From Vicugna vicugna (lineage: Eukaryota), in NCBI GenBank assembly GCA_013265495.1, contig MU057865.1:1054001-1118000 (forward strand): DNA of 64,000 bases. Direction: 5' to 3'. A model generated the notes under the pieces. That model saw nothing but the letters and a program-made list of their open reading frames with translations. It searched no databases and was not told the DNA's origin. Of this stretch, positions 26,470 through 38,628 are shown in pieces (positions within the stretch are counted from its first letter, which is position 1; every line of letters starts with the position of its first letter). The position numbers were made by a program, and so were the translations under genes.

Positions 26470-27910
26470 AGATTCAAAATGGTTTTCATTTATTCATGTA
26501 AAAAAGAAGCGTTTCACTTATAGTTGTAATATTTACTTATCTGGTTTCCCCATGATGGATAACAAATGGATCCAGAACTTCCATGCATCAGAAAGACGCC
26601 ACTTCATAAAATGGCAATACAATTCCATATTACAATAAAAACAGATACGATTCAAAATGCCTCAAATAGTTCCAAAAGCAATTATCGCATTTCAGAAGTA
26701 AACATTGCTTACAAATTCATAACCACCCATCAAAATTATTTCACTAGGGTAAGTTAAGGAAGCATCTGCCACAATTTATGCATTTTGACTCTCTTATTTT
26801 TCATAGCCAAGTATATATATAAAAAAAAAAAGGCTCCAGCAAGTACTGCAGTCGAGTGAAGTCAAAGAGTTTTCCATTTACTTAGGAGCATACACTCCTT
26901 TTTAAGCTCCAGCTCAATCCTTTTTACTGTAATAAAGGTATAAAATTCACATTTTCATCCACAGAAACTAGATCTGACCAGTACCATCTGCAGGGGAATG
27001 GTGCTTAAGATTAGCAGTCTTATTTCTTTGCCTAAAAGAATAGCAGAATAAGCTCCTTTTAAAGGCTGAAAAGATTCATTCTTCATATCCTGTCTAGAAT
27101 AATGCTGAATTATTTCTCAGCTACAAGTAGTGTTTCATAAATCATAAAAAGAATAAATCTTATTAAATCAGTTGTAGATTACAAAAACCTAAAGGCAAGG
27201 TCCATTCTCTGAAGGACATTGCTGTCCCCAGTGATTTTTTTATTCTTTTACTTATTTAAGAGGCGACGGCTTCTTTGAGACATACTGAACAGAAATAAGA
27301 GCCTTTTTTCCCTTCTTTTTATGAGATGTCAAGTGGCAAATAACCAAGGTAGAACATTTCATCCACTAAATGTCTAAATATTACAAATTTCAGCATTTTA
27401 CACAGATAGGCATAACAAAGAATGCATGTATAATGTATAAAATGTGCAAATAGACAATTTGACATTAAAATTCTGAAAAATTAATTGCTATATCTGTTAC
27501 ATGATTTCAGAAGATTAAAAGAACAGTCAAATTTGGTATGCTGTGAGTATGTTGGGAAAAAATAATCTTGACAATTAACATAAAATGATATATCAATATC
27601 TATTCTTGAATAGTAAAAATGTTTTATAGAGCCAGCTCTTAATCGGATGCAGTATTATATTCACAAAAGTCTAGTTTTATGTTTTAGGAAAAATAAACTC
27701 ACTTTTGCATGTCACAGAACAAAATATGAATGCAAAAGTTATGGTTCTCTTAGCAGTGTGAACTTTGCACGTTACAAATAACACATTCAACAAGGTAGAT
27801 ATTTTATAGTCAGTCTAGTGATGAAAAATTCAATATGCATATATTTATGTATTGAGTAGATTTATAGCCAACACGCCCACTGCCACTTGGCCTCCGTTCA
27901 GTTTCACGTC
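26470..27910 (-). other. candidate terminal exon / 3'UTR-like segment
   Basis: no recognisable repeats; U-rich on the minus strand; acceptor tgtgttcttttcaag| at 27911; AATAAA at 27239-27244 and 26489-26494, with a GU/U-rich element downstream of the latter. Confidence 0.35.
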
Positions 27911-28281
27911 CTTGAAAAGAACACATTTCACACATTTTAAAAAACATTTAGAAGATTTAAAAGCATTTGCCAATGTCACAAAGCAACAGCAAATGTTGTA
28001 CGCATCTCTAATAACTTAGTCTAGAAATATGGAATATGAAATGCGCAATGGGGTGTTTTGTATTCTGAACTGAAAGGCTTTCTAACTTTATTGACTCACA
28101 TTTAGGGTGCGGACTGGTTTCACAGATTTAGAGACATGTGGGTTTCATTTTGCTCCAACCTGGCACAACTATATCTGCAGCTGAGAAGTTCAACTTTGCT
28201 AAGGCTGCTCCTCCACAATAAGAAATGGGTTGCAGCCAGCATACGTTCACTTCTCACTGCATGAAGTATGCTTTTACTTAC

Positions 28282-28321
28282 CATGTTGAGAAGGTGATTC
28301 AGAATGCGACGTAATAAGGGT
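28282..28321 (-). other. candidate 40-nt exon
   Basis: consensus donor ATG|gtaagt; the acceptor is the first AG after a ~70-nt AG-free pyrimidine-rich zone (gaag is a weak acceptor). Confidence 0.3.
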
Positions 28322-28509
28322 CTTCATTATAAGGAATAGGCACCATACACGTCGTTAACACCGGCACAAGAAAAACATAGTGGTAGGAAAAAGCTTTAAC
28401 TCCGTTCCGTTATTCATCCCATCAGTGCTTTCACCCCACATGTTTTCCCACAATTTCTTGTCCTGTTGTGTTCCCTGGTTCCAATTGTGACCCAGAGAAA
28501 ATGTCTTCC

Positions 28510-29230
28510 TCATTAATGCATTCAACAAACATTGGTTAAGCCCATTCTGTGTTTCAGTCACTGTACTAGGCTTTGAGGATGGAGTTAATGAACAGGCTAG
28601 TCCCTGTCTCATCCTTCAAGTTTTACAGCATAACGAAGAATATATACAAATAAACAGGCTCTTAGAATATGGGGTGTGATGAATGCCATGGCAGGAGAAG
28701 TAAGAGGTCTCATTAGGGTCCATGGAAGGGGCACCTAACACGAACTTGGAGAATGAGAGAAAGATTTCTTGAAGCCATAACATTGAAGCTGGAAGCACAG
28801 GTTGAGTAAGATTAGGAATCATCCAGATTAAAAAAAATAAGAGAAAGAAGCATGTTCCTTAAAGAGTAGTTGGCATGAACGGGAGCCGGAAGATCCAGAG
28901 AGGATGTAATCCAACAGAGATAATGAAAGGCATTCCAGAAGGCTGGGATTTAACATACAAAGGGAGAAGGTGATAAAAAAAAAACCGTGGAATCCATGCA
29001 GCAAAGGACTAAATCAAGGAGAAACATGAAATCCAAAATTTATTTTAAAAGTGTAGATGTCATTACGATAGGGTAAAAGCAGTGATACGACATGAACACA
29101 TGCATTTTAAATGGTCCTCGTTTCCTACAATGTAGGGATTCGATTGGTGGAAAAAGACAATGAAGGTAATGGAGACGTAATTTTTATAACCCAGGAAAAT
29201 ATTGTGGTGGTCTGGAGAGGAGAAGAGGGG
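28510..29230 (-). mobile_element. L2 LINE 3' fragment
   Basis: gcattcaacaaacattggttaagcc...cactgtactaggctttgaggat is the reverse L2 3' end, followed by purine-rich L2 body. Confidence 0.75.
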
Positions 29231-29274
29231 GGAAAGGAGAGATTAAGAAAGGAAAGGAGGAGAAATTATATCAC

Positions 29275-29680
29275 ATATGGTTGTTAAAGTTAGGGTTGCA
29301 GGAGGACTTGACCACTAAGGGTAACCACAGGACTCTTTTTTGTCATGATGGAAATGAAACACTATGGTTCCCTCATAGTGGCAGCGATTATGCAAATCTA
29401 TTATGTGATAAAATTTCATAGAACTATATATCCCACTCAGAAAATATGTACATGTAAATCCTCGTGAATTCCAAAAAAGATCTGTAATTTAGTTAATAAT
29501 ATAGTACCAATGCCAGTTTCCTGGTTTCAACAATGTATTTGTTACGCGGGGTGTTGTCATTGGGGGAAAGTGGTGAAGTATGTACGGGAGCTCTCTGTAA
29601 TATTTTGGCAACGTTTTTATGAGTCTGTCATATTTTTGCAACTTCCCTATTTTAAAATGAGAAGTTTTTTTTTTTTTTAA
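29275..29680 (+). mobile_element. old L1 (L1MC/MD-type) 3'UTR
   Basis: tgtgataaaatttcatagaact...gtaccaatgccagtttcctggttt...gtcattgggggaaag...gtacgggagctctctgta. Confidence 0.75.
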
Positions 29681-30225
29681 ATGTTGAAGAGTGGAAGAGA
29701 ACCATTTAGAAACAGATTTTGTCGTGAGCTAGCAGAGGCGGCTCTAAGTTGCCTCTCCTAGGTCTTTCTCATTTTGCCAAAAGTGGTCAAGGCTCATGCC
29801 ATGTTGTCCTGCTCTGGGGGAGCTGAAAGAGGGACACAGAAGATGGAACCCAAAGAGAGACAGACTATGACTTTTGACACTGTATTCCCTTCAGTGACCT
29901 TGCCCATGATCCGTTCTTTTCCAGGCACCTCCTCTTTACATCAGAGCTGGTTAGGGGCTGGGGAATAGGAACAGGATGGAGCTTTCCCTCATGACCTGAA
30001 TAATGTGAAGAGACATGGAGAGCTACCGAGGAACGTGGTAGAGAGGTTTGTGTTTCTAGTTCACTAACAAAACAGAACAGAATAATGATGCCACAGAAAT
30101 GAAGAGCTGTCATTTCCTTGCTAGAAATTGTGCCTGTATTGCGTCACTCAAATGAAGCTGGTTTATTCACAGAAATAGACTTTCACGAAAATTATTTAAT
30201 TATGATGAGACTGGATTACTTGATG

Positions 30226-30338
30226 ATTTTTTTATCTACTTTTTTGTTTCTTTTAAAAAATGGAAGTACCCGGGGTTGAGCCCAGGACCTCGTGCATGCT
30301 AAGCCCGTGCTCTATCACTGAGCTATACCCCTCGTCCC
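30226..30338 (-). mobile_element. Vic-1-type camelid tRNA-Ala-derived SINE
   Basis: reverse complement ggggtatagctcagtgatagagcacgggcttagcatgcacgaggtcctgggctcaacccc plus A-rich tail; TSD gattacttgatg at 30214-30225 and 30340-30351. Confidence 0.9.
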
Positions 30339-31489
30339 AGATTACTTGATGGTTTTCTAAACAACTCATTATGTTTTTAAGTTTGAGATTGTTCTCTTTA
30401 AGATGTTTCCCAGGGAGAAACCAATGAAGAACTAGAAGTCTGGCATTCTTCATCCTATTCTTTTAGATTTACTCACAGTCTCAGTTTCTTGGGGGCAGAA
30501 GCAAGAGCGGTGAGGCTGGTCCCAGGGAGGTCCGCCCTGGGGCCATTCCGAGGGGCTGCTGAATGCCTGCTCTGTGGGTAGGACTACCTTAGAGCAAGTT
30601 CGTTTGCTCTTGAAAATCACTCTCCTCTCATTTTTGTTTCTCTATTTTTTTTTTGTTTATTTTCTTCTTCTGTAGGTCCAGTCCCACGGACTCTATAGTG
30701 AACTCTTTTCCATGATTAGTAAATTTACACAAATTTCCAGCATAGTGGTGAAAAAACGAGCTTTCATAACTCGGAATTCTAATTTGTGGGAAATAATGGT
30801 CTGGTGTGTTGCCCCTGTAATAATATAAATGCTAATCACTTTTTTAAACCACTGAATTGCTTTATTTAGTGAAGAGTTCTACAGTAAGATTCCAAAGGAA
30901 TAATAGAAATGCTAATTATTTTGATTAGCACAAATGAGAGAGTCTATTAAAAGTTCCTGAAAATAGTTGCTTCTTTAATTTTGTATGTTTTATGGCTGCT
31001 TTTAAGACCAAACTCAAGCTATAAACCAGGATTTTATTTTGTATGTAAATGGTTTCACTCAAAATTTCCTCCCAAGTTCTTATTTTTAAATGTTCTCTAT
31101 GTGAGAGACGGAATCAATATCTATTGTGTATTTCAAATCTCCATAATTGATGGAATAGACAGAACAGTCAAGAGGAAAAATTGATGGATATTACTTTGGG
31201 AGAAGGAACTGGTATTATCTGAAAATTTGTTTGGGGTCTGTGTGTGATATGTGATTGTTTAAAATGCTTGGAACGAAAGCTTCATTGAGGTCAGTCTCTT
31301 TTTAAAATATTTAGGATTTTTTTTTTTTAAAGAAAATGTATAAGCTAAGAGTATGTCTATACAGAGATAAATGCTCTGGGTCTACATAAATCCAAAACAG
31401 CGCATTAATTTGGTACTTTTCAATAAAAAATGAGCCGTTCAGAGAAAATATAATTTAACAAGTACTGGGAAGTGAAGGATCAGGGACGT

Positions 31490-31715
31490 GGGATAATTAA
31501 TGGTTAATAGAATGAACACTGGAATCAGACAGCCATGGATTGAATTCCAGCTTCACTGCTTTCTAGCTGTGTGATTCTGAGCAGGACTTTTTTAACTGCC
31601 TATTTCAGTTACTTTATCTGTTGTCAAGATCAAAAGGGATCATAGATCCCCGCCACCTCCCCCTCTGCAAACCCCACAATATCTGGCACACAGGAAGTGA
31701 TAAGCGTTTATGTTA
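31490..31715 (+). mobile_element. MIR SINE
   Basis: ctggaatcagacagccatggattgaattccagcttcactgctttctagctgtgtgattctgagcagg. Confidence 0.8.
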
Positions 31716-31884
31716 CAATTGCTAGTCACACTATCACAAGTGTCCACATTTGCTGTCACTAATATTGTCTGCCCTGCCCCTGCTTGAACATAAGCAAAGT
31801 ACCCCCAGTGGAGCAGTCCTTTGTCTACCTTTTAATTCCTAACTTTCAAGCACGTCCTTTGGCTTCACCAACTTCAACACAATG

Positions 31885-33060
31885 CGTAAAATACAAACAA
31901 TTGAGTGCCTACGAGGTGTTAGGTATCTGATAAGAAGCACATTTACAGAGACACAGGAGTGGGGACCGGCCACTGAAACAAGCAGTGCTCTTGGAGAAGT
32001 GTGCTGATGGCAGTATCTGAGGGGTGAGGAGATGAAGGACGGATGGCTCTGTGGAGGCTGCCAAGGACGGATTCCGGGGGGAAAATGACATCTAAACTGA
32101 TCCTTGAAAAATCACAATGAGAAACTCTTTCGGGGGACAAGGGAGGGAGCAGGAATCCAGGCGGAGGGAACAGTACATTCAAAGGCCTGGAAGTTTAATA
32201 AAATCTGACCTTGTTTAAAGTATTTATTACTGTTGTTAACTGTAATTGAAGAAAACATGCAAGATCAGAGGGCAGGGGCACGTGCGTTTGGAGAATCAAG
32301 CAGGGACTCAGCTGTGGAAGACATCACAGGCCCTGAAGAAAGGCTTACCTTTACTTAGTGGAAAATAAGGAGGAATTGAAAAGTTACAGGTGCATGCGTG
32401 ATGACTGCGGAGGACCCTGCAGAAAATGAGATGAAAGGTTGGGGGCAGTACTGAAAGGGGAGGAGGAAAAAATTATGAGGCTCTGAAAAAAAAGATAGTA
32501 ATAATGGAATGATAGAGAAAGACTTGAGAAAAACTTAGGGCTTGATACAAACAGGCCATAACAGCTGACTTGGCATGAGGGATTTGGGAGCCTAAAAATT
32601 GGCTGACCCCGGTGCCGGTCACAGTCAGTGGAACAGGAGGGGTGACCGACCTCCACGGCTGGTGTGAGGGCACACAGGCACAGTCTGAGAGGCCACACCC
32701 TCCAGTCCCCCATGACGAGGAGGGTTTTGACTGGAGATTCGGAGGCTCAGAAGAGGTCTGGACCAGAGATTCAGCTCTGAGATGTATTAAGACAGAGGAA
32801 CTGCACTGGGAAAGGATGGAAAGAAAAGAAAGAAAAAGGAGTGAGGCTCTATGGTGAAGCCAGGGATGGAGAGAAAACTGAGGCAGCCATGAAGGGGGGT
32901 CCACAAAGCCTATGAAAGGAGCTTCTGGATGCAGGGAGTGGTAAGCAGAGTCTAGTTCCACCAGAAGGTCAGATGAGGTTAGGTGTGAAAAATGTCCACT
33001 GGGCAGGCAGTTAGTGTGATGTCGATGAAGACGGGCTCAATAGAAGGGCAATAAATCCAG
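31885..33060 (-). mobile_element. L2 LINE fragments
   Basis: ttgagtgcctacgaggtg; ccaggcggagggaacagtacattcaaaggcctggaag; tggagattcggaggctcagaagaggtctggaccagagat; ggtcagatgaggttaggtgtgaaaaatgtccactg. Confidence 0.7.
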
Positions 33061-35183
33061 ACGGTCACATTTAGCAAGTGATCGAAGGGGACTGGGAAGG
33101 CTGGCGACGCCTGGACCCAAAGTTATAATTCAGCGCCAAGAACGATACTAACAGAGCTCACCGTGGCCGAAGCCGCACGTCTGATGTAGCACCTGCCTCT
33201 TAGCTTAGCTCATGCTTCTTACTGGTCACCATCACCGAGTTAACAACGAGAGTCCTGCTTTGCTGTGTCATCTGTCATTGAGGGGATGGCGGTAAGTGTC
33301 CTGACCTCCAGTGCGAATCAAATATTTGAGTCTCTGGTTAATATTTAACTGTCAGCCGTCAACTTGAAAATGGCCCGTCTGGAAACATTCAGATCCACCA
33401 GCCACAATCCCAGTTGGAATGCTCACCGCGAACAAAGTTTGTCTTTCCAACTTTCCAAACTGTTCCGTTGGCCTAGAAGGGTAAAGCACATTATCTCCCG
33501 CTATTTCATTTTTATTAAAACTGTTTGAACTTGGAAATGAGGCCTGATGGTCCCATTTTCGGAAGGCTGAAGGTCACTGAGTGTTTCTGTTCAAAAAGAG
33601 AAAACAATGTGTAACCCCTCTGGCACCATAATGGAAAGAAATAGTGTGGTGATTACAGCCCTGAGCGGAGCTGGCGGTGGCTACAAATACTCAAACCAAG
33701 TTTGATAGGATCCTGCATCACCTTATAACAGAGTATCATTCCTTACAGTTCCAAGGTCAATGTCTCTTTCTCAAATAGCATTTTGGACCTGTAATTGTTC
33801 ATCTACATGCCAGCAATTATGGGGAATTGATCAGCCGGTAATTAATGCCATGCTATTACACTTTTTAATTTGTAGATTATGCAGCTGAAAGCGTTCTCAC
33901 ATTTTTAATTTGTATATTATACAGCCACAAATGTTTACAATGCCCTTTTTAATCTCCTTACACTACCACTGCCATTATTCACCATAGATTAATGGTGCCC
34001 CGGATGCTGGGGTTTATTTCATTTACCACTCTTACCAGGAGAGCAGTTAACATTACTGCGCTCTGTTCCTTAATGTCTCACTGCTCCTGCTAGTGAATAT
34101 TGGTTACCTTTTAAAATATTACCAGCCAGTTATTTTTTTCCCTCTGTTTTTAGCTCTCTTGTCACCAACAGTATGACTCTGCAGTAATATTAGGATTTAT
34201 TTCGCAATTTTTGTCAACTGGTTCTTATCAGAGATACTTAAATAATTCATCCTAAATAACTCAGATGACCTGACCCCCCTCCTCACCTGCCCTTGTCTGT
34301 CTGCAGCCTATCTGGGGGTATGCGATCAACAAAGATATTTCCTCTTTCTTCCAATTCTTATTTGTTCCCCCTACCAGCAAGCCAAGTCATTATAAAGAAA
34401 ATTTGAAATAGTACTTGACTCCTTTTCAGTTAGCCACAGATAGATATTCTTGGTATTGACTGAGCGTAAGAAGTCTTACTAGCACAGTGGATAACTGTGA
34501 CTGAGGCTGGGGTTATTGTAAAGCTTGCATCTGCCTTGGTTTTCCTCAAGGTGATCCAGTGTTTCAGGAGGTGGGGAAGGGGCTGTATCAATCTCCTTGA
34601 TAAGCTGTAGTGACAACTGTAACGCCGGCTGGCGCTACCCTAAGCCCTCATACACCACACACACATCACCACCGAGTTCTATGCAACAGATCATCAGCAC
34701 AATAGTCTATTCGTTACTGAGCAGGATGCACAGAACTAAAATGTCATCAAAGCATTGATATCCTTCTGAGGAGGAGAGGTAAAGGAAATATGTAAAACTG
34801 AGAAATTACAATCTAGGCACACCTAAATTCTACGAATGAAACACTGCTATGAGAGCACAGCGATCAGGTTGTTTTAAGGCGTGTGATAAACGGACAAGAG
34901 GGACGTGTGACCAAGTAGAGAAAGGAGGAGAGGGTGGATCCAGGACAGGTGACCGCAAGCAGCAGACAAGGGGAGGCAGGCTGAGAGTGCAGAGATGGGC
35001 TTTCCCTGAAGAGAATGCTGATGGAAGAGACACTTCGAGTGTTGAATGCCTGATAGACAGACAAGTGGCAATAAAGGGGTGAATATGGCTCGGAGAAGGT
35101 TCTTGGAGATGACTTGAAGCCAGATGTTTTGCTGTGTAGCTAAGGGCCTAGAACACCTATACAAAGACCTACAAATTTATTCT

Positions 35184-35919
35184 GTTTGGTGCAGCCACTG
35201 TGGAAAACAGTATGGAGATTCCTCAAAAGACTAGGAATAGACTTACCATGTGACCCAGGAATCCCCCTCCTGAGCATATATCCAGAAGGAACCCTACTTC
35301 AGGATGACACCTGCACCCCAATGTTCATAGCAGCACTATTTACAATAGCCAAGACATGGAGACAGCCTAAATGTCCATCAACAGATGACTGGATAAAGAA
35401 GTTGTGGTATATTCATACAATGGAATACTACTCAGCCATAAAAACTGACAACATAACGCCATTTGCAGCAACATGGATGCTCCTGGAGAATGTCATTCTA
35501 AGTGAAGGAAGCCAGAAAGAGAAAGAAAAATACCATATGAGATCACTCATGTGTGGAATCTAAAAAANNNNNNNNNNNNNNNNNNNNNNNNNNNNCTAAA
35601 AAAAAAAAAAAACAAAGCATAAATACAAAACAGAAACAGACTCATAGACATAGAATACAAACTTGTGGTTGCCAACGGGGCGGAGTGTGGGAAGGGATAG
35701 ATGGGACTTCAAAATTGTAGAATAGATAAACAAGATTATACTGTATAGCACAGGGAAATATACACAAGATCTTATGGTAGCTCACAGAGAAAAAATGTGA
35801 CAATGAATATATGTATGTTCATGTATAACTGAAAAATTGTGCTCTATGCTGGAATTTGACACAACATTGTAAAATGATTATAAATCAATCAAAAGTGTTA
35901 TATTGTTGTTCAAAAAAAA
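35184..35919 (+). mobile_element. relatively young 5'-truncated LINE-1 (ORF2 C-terminus plus 3'UTR)
   Basis: ORF 35186-35563 [20 protein letters not shown]...[44 protein letters not shown] is open to the natural ORF2 stop; 3'UTR and short A tail follow. Confidence 0.95.
35568..35595. other. assembly gap (28 N)
   Basis: run of N. Confidence 1.
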
Positions 35920-36375
35920 GTTTATTTAGCTGTTCTCTTACAGTATCTACTTAAAGGCCAATTAGGTTTTCTATGATAGTTTATTAGCAAGGCTCCATTG
36001 GCCTTTATAATATATCCATGGTTTAAATGGCAGCTATAAAGAACAAATGTGTATATACACTGAAATGATTACCTCTGAAGAGAATTCTGGGAGTGAAGGT
36101 CAAAATTTTAGCTGTATTGTTTAAATTTTTCAAATAAATAAATAAGTGCACTGTTTAAATTAAAAAAAATTTATTCTGTACAGAGAGCTTCTGTGGGGCG
36201 TTTTTGATTGGTTTTTGTTTTGTTTTGACTTTTCTGTTTATTTGTTGTTGTTGTTATGACAGTACCAACATCAAAGCAGTATTATGAGGGAAATAAATGA
36301 TAAAAGCTGACATGAAGGTCGTTTATGAGGCTGATGAGTTAATTTAGATGTGAAAATGATAAAGGGATGAAAGTA

Positions 36376-36534
36376 GGGGGGAGGGCATAGCTCAGTGGTA
36401 CAGCATGTGCTTAGCATGGGTGAGGTCCTGAGTTCAATCCCCCGTACCTCCATTAAAATAAATAAGTAAATAAACCTGATTACTTCCCCCTAAAAACAAA
36501 AAATAAATAAATACATTTTTTTAAATAAAGAAAA
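36376..36534 (+). mobile_element. Vic-1-type SINE, full length
   Basis: ggggggagggcatagctcagtggta...ggtcctgagttcaatccc...aaataaacctgattacttccccc plus tail; 15-bp TSD ataaagggatgaaag at 36359-36373 and 36535-36549. Confidence 0.93.
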
Positions 36535-36799
36535 ATAAAGGGATGAAAGCTAATAGTACTTACCCAGCAGGTCCCAGACCCTTGGGGGTCCCTCCTGTCT
36601 CCTTCCTAACTCTGCATGCCAGACCCCTCACCCCCTCTCCTCTCCAACTCCACAAGTCCTATCCACGTTTAAAGTTCTGGAACTTGAACCCTGCATCACT
36701 TTTTAATCACTAAGAGATTTATTGTTTTTATATTTTAATGTAATATTATACATGCATATATCTTATTTCCTGAAAATAAACTATTATAATCATAATAAT

Positions 36800-36985
36800 G
36801 ATTGTGGGTCAGGTGCTATATTAAACACTTTTATATGCACTATTTTACTTTATATCATTCATACAATTGCTTCAGAGGTAGGTGTTTTTATTTATTATTT
36901 GTCAGTAAGAAATTAACTGAGGTGTCGTAATTATCACACAGTAGTATAAATGGCGGTCATAATTTAACACCGGTCTACCAACTGC
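36800..36985 (-). mobile_element. MIR SINE
   Basis: tgtgggtcaggtgctatattaaacactttta...gaggtaggtgtttttatttattattttgtcagtaagaaattaactgagg. Confidence 0.6.
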
Positions 36986-37317
36986 ATTCATTTCTTTGCT
37001 CGTGGATTTGTTCTTTTAGTTATTCACCCGTTCAATATCAGTCTTGATACTAGACTCAATCTTGTGCTAAGAACACACAGTGAACAATAATAGACGAGCT
37101 CCTTGTTTCTTGGTGTTTATGGCTAAGCAGGAAGTAAGTGCAACCCACCTGCTGAGAAAGTTCTACTCACACATTGTAATTGGAAAGCACATGTGTTATG
37201 TCTTTTTGCATCCTGTTAAATTCATTCTCATACTCCTGATGAAATACATGTAAATTCCCATGATTTGGGGATGACTTTCAGGTAATAAAAAAGTCCCTTT
37301 TTAGATGACTAAAAAAT

Positions 37318-38009
37318 GTTTTCCAACTTTGTTGAATAATTGACAAATATAATTGTGTATATTTAAAGTACACAACATGATTTCATATACATATTGTGGG
37401 ATGATTAATAAGATCAAGATAATTAACACATCCATCACCTCACATAATTAACTCTTCTATTATTTTTTAATTTTTTTGGTGAGAATGCTTAAGATCTACT
37501 CTCAGCAAATTTCAAGAATAAAATACTGTATTATTAACTGTAGTCAGTATACTGTACATAAACTTACTCATCTCATATCTGAAAGTGTGTTCCCTTTGAC
37601 CTGTGATTCTCCACTTCTCTCTCCCCACAGCCCCTGGAAACTACCTCTTTATTCTCCATTTTTACAAAATTGACTTAAATATTGTTCATGTTCTATATAT
37701 TTTTGATACCACACAGTACTTGTCTTTCTCTAACTTATTTCACTCATCATAATGCCCTTCAGATCTATTCATGCTGTTGCAAATGGCAGAATTTAATTAT
37801 TTTTTATGCTGAATAATAATAATAATATATATATATATATATATTTATATACACACACACCTATCTCACATTTTTTAATCCATTCATCCACTGAAGGACA
37901 TTTAAGTTGCTTTTATAACTTGAATATTGTGAATAATGTCACCATGAACATGGGAGTGCAGATATCTCTTTGAGATGTTGATTTTATTTATTTTGAATGC
38001 ATACCTAGG
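37318..38009 (-). mobile_element. L1 (L1MA-type) 3' end
   Basis: aattgacaaatataattgtgtatatttaaagtacacaacatga...ggtgagaatgcttaagatctactctcagcaaatttcaag...catgggagtgcagatatctctttgagat. Confidence 0.9.
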
Positions 38010-38628
38010 TGCCAGACAAGTACACTACAAGAAAAGATTACCAACCATTATTTCTTATGGGCATGATGTAAAAATCTGCAAAAATATACTAACAAAATAA
38101 ATTCAAGAGCACATTGAAATAATCCTGCACCATGATCAAGGGAGGTTTTTTTCCTGGGATGCAAAGATGCTTCAATACATGCAAATGAATAAATGTGACA
38201 CATCACATTCACAGAATAAAGAATAAAAATCATGTGATCATTTCAATAGATGCTGAAAAAAGCATTTGACAAAACTCAACATCCTTGTATGAGAAAAATT
38301 CTCTCAAATTAGATATAAGAGGATTGTGCTTCAATCTAATAAAGCCATACTCATCAAACCCACAGCTTGCATCATACTCAATACTGAAACATTAAAAGCT
38401 TTTCCTTTAAGACCAAGAATAAGACCAGGGGAAACAAAACAAAACAAAACAAAACAAAAAAGAATAAGACCAGGGTACCCACTCTTAACACCCTATTCAG
38501 TGTAGTACCTAAATTTCTAGCCAGAGCAATTAGACAAGAAAAAGAAATACAAGGCATCCAACTCAGCAAAGAGGAAGTAAAGTTTTCTGTTTGCAGATAA
38601 TATGATTTTATACAGAGAGAAAAATCCT
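38010..38628 (+). mobile_element. L1 ORF2 reverse-transcriptase segment, inverted relative to the adjacent 3' end
   Basis: degenerate equivalents of PDKDTTRKENYRPISLM, HHDQVGFIPGMQ, NHMIISIDAEKAFDK and [21 protein letters not shown]. Confidence 0.9.
38415..38475 (+). repeat. (AAAAC)n insert flanked by a perfect 16-bp direct repeat
   Basis: aagaataagaccaggg at 38415-38430 and 38460-38475 around a 29-bp g(aaaca)n insert. Confidence 0.9.

Noticed and set aside
26171..26638. 155-aa plus-strand ORF
   Set aside because: Non-ATG start, crosses a T homopolymer, no recognisable domain or exon structure
32384..32961. 162-aa and 109-aa minus-strand ORFs
   Set aside because: Lie in decayed L2 sequence with biased composition; no recognisable RT/EN motifs
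35186..35563. 125-aa ORF with convincing protein-like sequence
   Set aside because: C-terminus of L1 ORF2 in a 5'-truncated element, not a cellular gene
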